A stretch of DNA of 64,000 nucleotides, taken from positions 7,254,001 through 7,318,000 of the forward strand of contig NC_043014.1 of NCBI RefSeq assembly GCF_006345805.1, given 5' to 3'. Position 1 is the stretch's first letter. Each line of letters starts with the position of its first letter. Shown piece by piece: positions 1-12,200 of the stretch. The notes beneath the pieces are model-generated. The model was given only the letters and a program-made list of their open reading frames with translations, did no database searches and was not told the origin of the DNA. The translations under genes and the position numbers were made by a program. The DNA comes from Octopus sinensis (Eukaryota).

Positions 1-637
1 CCACATGGTTCCGGGTTCAGTCCCACTGCGTGGCATCTTGGGCAAGTGTCTTCTGCTATAGCCCCGGGCCGACCAATGACTTGTGAGTGGATTTGGTAGA
101 CGGAAACTGAAAGAAGCCTGTCGTATATATGTATATGTATGTGTGTGTGTGTATGTGTTTGTGTGTCTGTGTTTGTCTCCCTAGCATTGCTTGACAACCA
201 ATGCTGGTGTGTTTACGTCCCCGTCACTTAGCGGTTCGGCAAAAAGAGACCGATAGAATAAGTACTGGGCTTACAAAAAGAATAAGTCCCGGGGTCGAGT
301 TGCTCGACTAAAGGCGGTGCTCCAGCATGGCCGCAGTCAAATGACTGAAACAAGTAAAAGAGTAAATTGAAAACAATGTGAATGAATAAGGATTACATTT
401 GATAGAGAAATCTGAATGCTAAAGGGGTAAATGGGAATTCTGCGAGAGGTCTCAATGTAATAAAATTCAAACTCGGCATCAACAGGTTCAATCTCACCAA
501 CCTGAAATGTGACTTAAGGACATGCGTTGTTCTTTATCTTCAGATTAATATATTTACACACACACACACACACACACATGCGCGTGCGGGCATGTGTGGC
601 AAAGAGCAAAATGTTGAAGGATCATGAGAAGTCTTAC

Positions 638-690
638 GTGATATCATCCTGGCAGAGTGAGTACAACATCTGGCAAACTGATATCTTCAT
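638..690 (-). CDS. TDRD12: Exon W28 (53 nt, phase 0-2): [17 protein letters not shown]; gene continues beyond position 1
   Basis: Long pyrimidine tract ...tttttctgtccatttccag|ATG, donor TCAC|gtaaga. Confidence 0.7.
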
Positions 691-3600
691 CTGGAAATGG
701 ACAGAAAAATTAAAGGTATGAGCAAAACAGATCAAGAAATAATGTTAGGTTTTGTTAAGCTGGTAGCTGTTATGGATTTTATTAAGGTGATAGTTTGCCA
801 GCCCCGACTGGCACCTGTGCCGATGGCACATAGAAAGCACCATCCAATCGTGGCCGTTTGCCAGATCATCTGGCACCTGTGCCGGTGGCACGTAGAAAGC
901 ACCCACTAGACTCATGGAGTGGTTGGCGTTAGGAAGGGCATCCAGCCGTTGAAACATTGCCAGATCAGACTGGGCCTGGTGCAGCCTTCTGGCTTCCCAG
1001 ACCCCAGTTGAACCGTCCAACCCATGCCAGCATGGAAAGTGGACGCTAAATGATGATGTAGCTTTTATAGAGAGCTTTACAAAATTACATTAATATTATT
1101 ATACATCGCTACTTGCACACTACAAACCAGATCTATAGCGATGGCTTGCATCATCATCATCACTTAACGTCCGCTTTCCATGCTAGCATGGGTGGGACGG
1201 TTTGACTGTGGGCTGGCGAACCAGACTCCAATCTGATCTGGCAGAGTTTCTACAGCTGGATGCCCTTCCTAACGCCAACCACTCTGAGAGTGTAGTGGGT
1301 GCTTTTACGTACCACTGGCACAAGGGCCACTTTGGTGGTACTGGCTCCTGTGCAGGTGGCACATAAAAGGCACCATTTGGGCATGGCCGTTGCCAGTACC
1401 ACCAAAGTGGCACACAAAAGCACCCACTACACTCTCGGAGTGGTTGGCGTTAGGAAGGGCATCCAGCTGTAGAAACTCTGCCAGATCAAGACTGGAGCCT
1501 GGTGCAGCCTCTGGCTCACCAGTTCTCAGTCAAACCATCCAACCCATGCTAGCATGGAAAGCGGACGTTAAACGATGATGATGATGATGATGTTGCACAT
1601 AGGTAAGCTTATAATTTTACCTGCAGGAATGCTGGTAAAACAACCTTTGACATTTATTGTGGAAATGCTGCCAATTCTATCAATTCCAAGTAGAATTTCC
1701 AGGAAATCCTTTACATGACTAAAATTGGAAACAAAGTCATTCCCAAATGTAACGGACCAAAAGAAAATTCTGGCCAAAAGGTAAAGAACTCTCCAAAATG
1801 ATGCTCCCAGAATTGCTACAGTCTAAATACTAAAACCGAGAAAAGACTAAAAGAATACAAAAATTGAGAAAAATAATAATAAAAAATGTTAAGGATTTCA
1901 ATTTTTACAAAAGTTCTTACTTTGGGTGAAAAAGCACTGTTCAGTAATTTAGAAATTGTTAAAAATAAGGAACAAGCAGCACTGGAACTTTTTTGTTTGT
2001 TTTTCAGTCTGAAAAAGACAAAAAAAAAATATTTGAAATTATTACTTTAACCCTTTCATTGCCAATCTGGATGAAACCATCTCTGGCTCCATAGAACAAA
2101 TGTCTTGTTTTCAAAAATCCATGTTAAAAAAAAAACCAATCTCCTTAACTCTAACCAGTGATTCCAAACCATTGTTTTCATAAGTTTTGAATTAAAATCT
2201 TCCACCAAATCTTAATTACAATTTATGTTCCTAACACTAGTTTAATAACTAAGTTATTTTACTAAATTCTTTATTATATTCAAAATTAATTGAAAGAAAC
2301 ACAGAGCATCTCAACAGAAATATGTTAACAAAAGGGTTAAAATATATATAATAGAGAAACAATTCTTAACCCTTTCGTTACCAACCTGGTTGAAACCACA
2401 TTTGGCTCTGAGTACAAATGTCTTGTTTTCATAAGTTCTGAATTAAAATCTTCCACCAAACCTTAGTCACAATTTATGTTCCTAACACTAACTTAATGAT
2501 AACTAAGTTATTTTACTAAATTCTTTATTATATTCAAAATTAATTGAAAGAAACACAGAGCATCTCAACAGAAATATGGTAACAAAAGGGTTAAAATATA
2601 TATAATAGAGAAACAATTCTTAACCCTTTCGTTACCAACCTGGTTGAAACCACATTTGGCTCTGAGTACAAATGTCTTGTTTTCATAAGTTCTGAATTAA
2701 AATCTTCCACCAAACCTTAGTCACAATTTATGTTCCTAACACTAGCTGAATGATAACTAAGTTATTTTAATAAATTCTTTGTTATATTTAAACTTAATTA
2801 AAAGACACACAGAGCACCTCAAAATAAATACAGTAACGAAAGGGTTAACATACACAAAACAAAAAGTGGAAGAAAGAGAAATATATAAAAATTACTATAA
2901 ATATAGACACCTTGGGCAAGTGTCTTCTACTTTAGCTTCAGGCCAACCAAGGTCTGGTGAGTGGATTTGGTAGATGGAAACTGAAAGAAGCCTGTCATAT
3001 AAATATATATATATATATATATAGGTTATAAGAGGTAATGGTGTCATTGAGACACAAGGGTGTCAGGTAATGCTGAATAAGTGCTACAGACAGACCTTAG
3101 TTAAGTTCCAGGTTAGGTAATTTTGCGAATAAGGGGTTCAACGTTGGTTCTATGTCAGCGTGTGTGTATAAGAATTTTTTGCGCAATGAGATAAAAAAAC
3201 CAAGGGTGTTTAGATATCAGAACATTTATAGATAGAAGGTCTTACAGCTGTTTCTAGGATATTTATTAATTATATCCCTTCATTGGAGACGGTGTGAGAG
3301 GATGGTTAAGTAAAAGTTAATTTAGATAGGATACGAAATAGAGTGAGGTGGAGGAGAGAAAATAGATGTGAGATATGCAGTGATATTGCATTTGTAGATC
3401 CATTATTTAGGCAGAATGATATCTACAACTTTAATATCCCCACATATCTCACATCTATTTTCTTTCCTTTACCTCACTCTCTATTTTGTATCCTATCTAA
3501 ATTAACTATTACTTAACCATCCTCTCACACCGTCTCCGATCATCATCATCATCATCATCATCGTTTAGCGTCCGCTTTCCATGCTAGCATGGGTTGGACG

Positions 3601-5386
3601 GTTCAACTGGGGTCTGTGAAGCCAGAAGGCTACACCAGGCCCAGTCTGATCTGGCAGTGTTTCTGCAGCTGGATGTCCTTCCTAACGCCAACCACTGCGT
3701 GAGTGTAGTGGGTGCTTTTTACGTGCCACCGGCACAGGTGCCAGACGAGGCTTGCAAACGGCCACGATCGGATGGTGCTTTTTACGTGCCACCGGCACGG
3801 AAGCCAGGCGAGGCTTGCAAACGGCCATGAACGGATGGTGCTTTTTATGTGCCACCGGCATGAGGCCAGTCGGGGCGGTGCTGGCAACGGCCACATTCGG
3901 ATGGCTCTCTTACGTGCCACCGGCACTGGTATCACAGCTGCAATTTCGATTGATGTTGATCGATTTCGATTCTCACTTGCCTCAACAGGTCTTCACAAGT
4001 AGAGTTATGTGTCCCAAGAAGGAAAGGTATGCATAAGTGGACAGGCGCATCCCATGTAGAGGCCATGGGTTATGGTCTCACTTGTCCATAACCCGTGGCC
4101 TCTACATGGGATGAAGGGATATAAATTAATAAATATCCTGGAAACAGCTGTAAGACCTTCTATCTATAAATGCTCTAATATCTACACAGCCTTGGTTTTT
4201 TATCTCATTGTGCAAAAAATTCTTATATTATATTTATGTATGTATATATATATGTATTTGTTAATGTGTCTGTATTTGTCCCCACCACCAATCGCTTGAC
4301 AACTGATGTTGGGATGTTTACGTCCCCTGTAACTTAAATACTAGGCTTACAAAGAATAAGTCCTAAGGTCGATTTGTTCAACAAAAGGCAGTGCTCCAGC
4401 ATGGACGCAGTCAAGTGACTGAAACAAGTCAAAGAATATAAGAATACCATTGAAATCTTGAAGCTATATGCTAAAGCATCGTTAATTCTAAGCAACATAA
4501 TTAAATAAGCAATAGATTTGGCAGAGAAATTCGAATGCTAAAGGGTCAAAGCTAACGGGAGATCCAAATTTGGGTATAGGAACTGGGATGATTTTCCAGA
4601 GACATATTTTGGCAGGGACCAGAAAGGTGCATCTTATATGCGCAACAAATATGGTGAATTTGCTTTTGATACTGAAAAAGAAATAAAAACATGCACACAT
4701 AGACGCAGGAGTGGCTGTGTGGTAAGTAGCTTGCTTACCAACCACATGGTTCCGGGTTCAGTCCCACTGCGTGGCATCTTGGGCAAGTGTCTTCTGCTGT
4801 AGCCCCGGGCCAACCAATGCCTTGTGAGTGGATTTGGTAGACGGAAACTGAAAGAAGCCTGTCGTATATATGTATATTTATATATGTATGTGTGTGTGTT
4901 TGTGTGTCTGTGTTTGTCCCCCTAGCATTGCTTGACAACCGATGCTGGTGTGTTTACGTCCCCGTCACTTAGCGGTTCGGCAAAAGAGACCGATAGAATA
5001 AGTACTGGGCTTACAAAGAATAAGTCCCGGGGTCGATTTGCTCGACTAAAGGCGGTGCTCCAGCATGGCCACAGTCAAATGACTGAAACAAGTAAAAGAG
5101 GAGGGTCAAAACTGAAACGCTTCCTACTGTGGGTCTTGTATTTTGCTAACATTAAAATATAACTCTTTTACTCTTTAACTTGTTTCAGTCATTTGACTGC
5201 GGCCATGCTGGAGCACTGCCTTTTAGTCGAGCAAATCGACCCCAGGACTTATTATTTGTAAGCCTAGTACTTATTCTATCGGTCTCTTTTGCCAAACTGC
5301 TAAGTAACGGGGACGTAAACACACCAGCATCGATTGTCAAGCAATGCTAGGGGGACAAACACACACACACAAACACACACACACAA

Positions 5387-5421
<35 letters not shown>

Positions 5422-7565
5422 CGACGGGCTTCTTTCAGTTTCTGTCTACCAAATCCACTCACAAGGCATTGGTCGGCCCGGGCTATAGCAGAAGACACTT
5501 GCCCAAAATGCCACGCAGTGGGACTGAACCCGGAACCATGTGGTTGGTTAGCAAGCTACTTACCACACAGCCACTATGCATGCACACATGTATACACACG
5601 CATGCATGCATACATGTATACACACACACAGACATGCATGCACACCTGAAAGAAAGAGTCAAAGTGTCAAAATGGTTAATTACCAACGTACCTGCCTGGA
5701 AAGCTGTGTAAATCTGGGACCAGCTGTAGCACTGCCTGGAGGATGGCCTCGTCTTTGTTCTAAGAAACCAGTAATGTGTGTTAAAAGATTGTTGAGGCAA
5801 GTGAAAATCAAAACAAATCAAAATAGATGAACATCAATGGAATTTGTATCTTTGTGGTACCAGTGCCGGTGGCACACAAGAAAACCATCCGAACGTGGCC
5901 GTAGCCAGTACCGCATCGACTGGCCTCCGTGCTGTGGGCACGTAACAAACACCATCCGATCGTGGCCGTTCGCCAGCCTCATCTGGCACCTGTGTCGGTG
6001 GCACATAAAAACACCATCTGAGCGTGGCCGTCTGCCAGCCTCGTCTGGCACCTGTGTCGGTGGCACATAAAAAAAAAACACCATCCGAGCGTGGCCGTTC
6101 GCCAGCCTCGTCTGGCACCTGTGTCGGTGGCACATAAAAAGCAGCCACTACACTCATGGAGTGGTTGGCGTTAGGAAGGGCATCCAGCTGTAGAAACACT
6201 GCCAGATCTGACTGGCCTGGTGCAGCCTTCGGGCTTCCCAGATCCCAGTTGAACCGTCCAACCCATGCTAGCATGGAAAGCGGACGTTAAATGATGATGA
6301 TGATGAACACTAAAATAAGAACAATAATAAATTTGAAGTGAAGAACGAATATATAATGTGTGTTTACTTGGTAATCTCATCTCATCTACGTTGTCCCATA
6401 GGACACCCCGATTTAGGGGTTTTGGCTACGCATCATCATCATTGTTCGACCGTGGTCGAGACAATGGAATTTACTATGTTACACCAGACTTCACGGTCCA
6501 TCATAGCATTACGGAGGTCCTGTTGCTGGATGCCTGTATCCCTGGAGATTACATCAGGGTAGGAGAGTGTGCACCCTCTGGTATCCCGAGCAGATGGATT
6601 CCAGAGGAGAAGAGTAGAAATTACTTCTTTTTCAGCTCTACAACAATGTCCAGCAAACTGGACTCTCCTACCTTTCACAAGAGATGACACAGGTGGTAGT
6701 TTCCCATATATTTGCATTTTGGTTGGATGGCGCTTCCACGAGGCGAGTGTAGGTTCCATCCAACCGCCTCTCAAGCTTCTTTGATAACGTCCAGGTTTCT
6801 GAGCCATATAGTAGAATTGGTTCGACTGTGGCTTTGAAGATTTCAAGTATGGCTACGCATACTATACGGAGTCACAGTAATTCCGCAGCTTCCATCTAAC
6901 TGGGAATATTAGTATCTCATCCATTGTCTTGTACTCAAGATCTTCTGTATGACATCCTGTTAGTGCCAAGCCAGAAAGCTGATCTTTTAGGTCCTTCCAG
7001 TAACTAAATCCACACCCTGCTGCCGACGCTTTGATTTATTGTCATTAAGGTTTTGTCTGTTTCCTACCCTTTGACCTGTCTGGCCTGGTAAGACCTGCCT
7101 GACAATTTCTCTCCCGCCAGCATAGCTCTCCCGGTCGATGGAGCACACAGGTACTTCATCGCAACAAGGTACTTGTTGAATTGGGTGTTGACTACACAGT
7201 AGTTCTTCCGCTCTTTGACGGGTCTTGTTTTTCGTGCCGCAGGGTGTCCAACAATCACCCGCCTCACCAAGCAGGCTTGATGAGGTTGCCAGTTTAGTCG
7301 CCGACGACCCAACCATGTGACAGATTTTACTGGGTTACATGGCAAAAAAACAAAAAAAAACCCCCTGAAAATCAACCATCCCAAAATATAACACTATCTG
7401 TTCCAACACACAGTCTCACATCAGGAATCTTCAAAAGCAAATACACAAACTTGAAAAAAACATAGTGAAATCCAAAACTTACCACTTCTAAAATATTCGT
7501 TAACACATAGTAAAGACCATTGCTTTCCATATTACAATAAACACTGGGGAGAAAAAGAGAAAGGA

Positions 7566-7601
<36 letters not shown>

Positions 7602-8062
7602 TAATTCTTTTTTATTGGCCACAAGGGCTGACACACATGATTAGAAAACATAAAGGGACAAAACAGGACGAAAGGTTACAAAGGGTTTTTTCCGTTTGTG
7701 AAAAAATCGTGTAAAAACAGTTTAACAACGAAAGACTGTAACAATTAAAAACTTCCAATAGGAGGAGGCGCTTCGAAAGGTCCCTGGTGGAAAAAAACCC
7801 ATAAAAGCCAACGGGAGCCTGGTCAAAAAGGGGGTAGAGAGTCCCCTTTCTCCTTTTATAATACCTTTTTGAATCACAGGTGAAACCTGAGAACTGGTCC
7901 ATTTATACTGGCCATTCTCGCACAATTCACCCACCTTTCAGAAAACTTGCTATCGGACAGCACTCTCCTCTCTAACCTCATCTTCCTTTTCAAGTGAAAC
8001 TTGAAAAAGTTGATGAGGCCTTGACCAAAGAGGAAAGTGTCGGACTTTAGCCCTTTCAAACG

Positions 8063-8105
<43 letters not shown>

Positions 8106-8530
8106 TGAGTGTTCCCTGTGATCACAATATAGCGGCGAAAGAATTTGACAAGATTAGTAAATATAAAGACCTGCTAATAGAAATTGAAAAAATGTGGCAT
8201 CTCAAGGCGACTACAGTACCAGTGATTGTAGGATCTCTGGAATGATAAAAAAAGGTACTGAAACCTATTTGAAAATGATTCCAGGCTCACCATCCCTACA
8301 GGAAGTGCAAAACGACGTGTTAACTGGAACGGCTCATGTACTGAGAAGAGCACTATCGCTGTGGAAATAACATCCATCTATGAATTTATTTATTTATTAA
8401 TTTTTAAATACATATTTTATCTGTGAATTTGCGCGTGTAATCTGGGAATGCATACAATGAACTTCTCTGCCCAAGGTATATGGAAAACACTCGGCGAGAA
8501 ACAGAAGAAAATTTGAACAAAGAAGGAAAA

Positions 8531-8568
<38 letters not shown>

Positions 8569-9177
8569 GCCAGACATAGTCTTAATTGAGAAAGAAAGCA
8601 AACTATGCTGGATCATAGATATAGTATGCCCTGCTGACAACAAGGTATGCGATAAGGAAGAAAGAAAAGTCGATAGGTATGACAGGTTAGCTTGGGAGGT
8701 TAAGCAGTTGTGGTGGATGAAAAAAGGTGGTAGTAGTACCAATAATTGTCGGAGTGAGTAAAAATCTTGAGAGGTACATGGAACAAATAGGGCTGCAATA
8801 AGGGTGGATCACTTGTAGAAGACAGTACTGCTTGGAACCGCTTGAATACTCCGGAGGGTGCTCGAAAAATTAAGGGGTGTTACTTTAGTTCACTGGTGGT
8901 GAACAGCTGACACTGTAGTACATCTCCAGTGTTAGAAGCTGTGCAAAGGCAATAATAATAATACTCTTTACTCTTTTACTTGTTTCAGTCATTTGAGTGC
9001 GGCCATGCTGGAGCACTGCCTTTAGTTGAGCAAATCAACCCTGGAACTTATTCTTTGGAAGCCCAGTACTTATTCTATCGGTCTCTTTTGCCAAACCGCT
9101 AAGTGACGGGGACGTAAACACACCAGCATCGGTTGTCAAGCAATGCTAGGGGGACAAACACACACACACAAACACAT

Positions 9178-9220
<43 letters not shown>

Positions 9221-12200
9221 TACGACAGGCTTCTTTCAGTTTCCGTCTACCAAATCCACTCACAAAGCATTGGTCGGCCCAGGGCTATAGCAGAAGACAC
9301 TTGCCCAAGATGCCACGCAGTGGGACTGAACCCGGAACTATGTGGTTGTTAAGCAAGCTACTTTACCACACAGCCACTCCTGCACCTATCTCAGCGTTTG
9401 TTTAAAACTATATACCATCATTATCATTTTAATGTCCTCGTTTTCATGCTTGCATGAGTCTGACAGAATTTTTATGGAAACAGATTTTCTACAACCAGAT
9501 CCCCATTTTTGGTCACCAACCCAAACCTGTGTCCTAGCAAGGTAGTATTCTCTCCCCCACCCACCCCCGTGACCCGACATGTTTTCAACAGAAGACTGGA
9601 AATAAAGGGAACCGCTTGTATGACAGGGACATTCATTTACCATTATCACGTGATGTAAACACAAAGAGTGACTGATACACACACACAGAGCTGCATACAT
9701 ACATGTACATAAATATGGCGTGATTCACTTAGTTTCCACTAACTTAAAAGTCACTCTCCATGCGGACTTTTTTTATTTTTAGTTAATTTTTTGGCTCAAA
9801 AAGCAAAAAGCAAGGCCATGTAGGGGAACATGGAGTTATGTACAAGGTGGTGTTCATGTAAAGAGTTCAGGCCATTTGTGGTCAAGGGAGACTTTGAACC
9901 GAGCGGTCGTCGGCATCTTCACTATCTCGTCCGGCAGCTTATTCCACGGATCTGCAACCCGGACGGAGAAAGCCCCTCTCCTTCGATTGAGATGAAATCG
10001 TCGCAGATAGAGCTCCTGTAGCGGGCTAATTGACAGCTAAATAGCATCACTATGTTTGTAGTGACCATATGCCCCGGTAATGTTTGATCAAAGGTCAAGG
10101 ATGGATGAGAATTAATTCTGTAATGCCGGTGGCACGTAAAGAGCACCATCCGAGCGTGGCCGTTCGCCAGCCTCGTCTGGCACCTGTGTCGGTGGCACAT
10201 AAAAAGCACCCACTACACTCACGGAGTGGTTGGCGTTAGGGAGGGCATCCAGCTGTAGAAACACTGCTAGATCAGACTGGGCCTGGTGCAGCCTTCAGGC
10301 TTCCCAGACCCCAGTTGAACCGTCCAACCCATGCCAGCATGGAAAGCGGACTCTAAACGATGATGATGATGATGATGATGATGAATCGTTCTATTGTTTC
10401 AAACCCAAAGTCGAATTCCAACTGTTGGCCAGTTTATCCCAAAGTTCTTATTTCAATGTAAAATTAACGAAGTGAATGTCATTTATCATCCCCTTGATTT
10501 CTGACGTCATTAGGCAAATGCCACCAAGACAGCACGAATCAGCTAGAAATAGCAACCCAAATGCTTTTAAATCGGGTCCCAAAGCTGGCTGTTCAATAAC
10601 CAAATGAAGGGCATATTTCCAATCCCAGGATCATCCTGCTTCCAAAAGGATATATATTTCTTTACTGCCCAGAAGGGGCTAAACACAGAGGGGACAAACA
10701 AGGACAGACGAAGGGACTGAGTCGATTATATCGGCCCCAGTGCGAAACTGGTACTTTATTTATCGACCCCGAAAGGATGAAAGGCAAAGTTGACCTCGGC
10801 GGAATTTGAACTCAGAACGTAACGGCAGACGAAATACCGCTAAGCATTTCGCCCGGCGCGCTAACGTGTCTGCTAGCTCGCCTTCCAAAAGGATATAATA
10901 TGTCTATGGAAAGCAAATGTAAGCTGAGATACAGGGGTACCAGACAGACAGAATTTCACTTTTATTATTATAAAAAATAAAAAAAAACACCATCCGAGCG
11001 TGGTCGTCTGCTAGCCTTGTCTGGCACCTGTGTCGATGGCACATAAAAACACCATCCGAGCGTGGCCGTTCGCCAGCCTCGTCTGGCACCTGTGTCGGTG
11101 GCACATAAAAACACCATCCGAGCGTGGTCGTCTGCCAGCCTTGTCTGGCACCTGTGTCGGTGGCACATAAAAACACCATCCGAGCGTGGTCGTTCGCCAG
11201 CCTCGTCTGGCACCTGTGTCGTGGCACATAAAAAAAAAAAAAAAACACCATCCGAGCGTGGTCGTCTGCCAGCCTTGTCGGCACCTGTGTCGGTGGCACA
11301 TAAAAACACCATCCGAGCGTGGCCGTCTGCCAGCCTCGTCTGGCAACCTGTGTCGGTGGCACATAAAAACACCATCCGAGCGTGGTCGTCGCCAGCCTCG
11401 TCTGGCACCTGTGTCGGTGGCACATAAAAAAAAAAAAAAAAAACACCATCCGAGCGTGGTCGTCTGCAGCCTTGTCTGGCACCTGTGTCGGTGGCACATA
11501 AAAACACCATCCAAGCGTGGCCGTTCGCCAGCCTCATCTGACACCTGTGTCGGTGGCACATAAAAACACCATCCGAGCGTGGCCGTCTGCCAGCCTCGTC
11601 TGGCACCTGTGTCGGTGGCACATAAAAACACCATCCGAGCGTGGCCGTTCGCCAGCCTCGTCTGGCACCTGTGTCGGTGGCACATAAAATCACCCACTAC
11701 ACTCTCGGAGTGGTTGGCGTTAGGAAGGGCATCCAGCTGTAGAAACACTGCCAGATCTGACTGGCCTGGTGCAGCCTTCGGGCTCCCCAGACCCCAGTTG
11801 AACCGTCCAACCCATGCTAGCATGGAAAACGGACGCTAAATGATGATGATGATGATGATGAGATGTACCTAATGTACTCACCAAGCTTTGGTTGGCCTGG
11901 GACTAGAGTACAAAACACTTGTCCAAGCTGCCAAGGACTCAACCTGACACAATGTGGTTGTGAAGCAAATTTCTTAACAGCACAGCCACACCTGTGTCTG
12001 TGATTGACTAAATCTTCAAAGGTAGAGCCCAGGGTAGACACAGTCCAATAGCTGGGACAAATAAATGAATAGAAGAAAAAAAGAATATACCTTCGGTGTT
12101 GACAGAGTCCTTTAAGGATTGCTATTAGGGTGTTAAAGATAACCAGGTCTTCTGTGTAGTTTAACAGTTTGAGCAGGCTTTCAGGGTATCTGTGTGCAAT

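Noticed and set aside
1621-1771. Candidate exon [16 protein letters not shown]... (ORF 1568..1777)
   Set aside because: It ends in phase 1, incompatible with W28. Exon W27 (1921-2008) links W26 and W28 in phase with stronger splice sites.
4703-4775. tRNA gene calls at SINE heads
   Set aside because: A and B boxes are present, but there is no complete cloverleaf and each head continues into the SINE body.
10030-10125. [12 protein letters not shown]... peptide resembling the start of a CS/p23 domain
   Set aside because: It is wedged between a SINE and a LINE fragment, has a weak acceptor and no clear donor, and is not needed for phase continuity.
10904-11839. Recurrent [12 protein letters not shown] / [11 protein letters not shown] / MSSNARGT ORFs throughout the window
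   Set aside because: Incidental translations of SINE families A and B and their internal tandem units.
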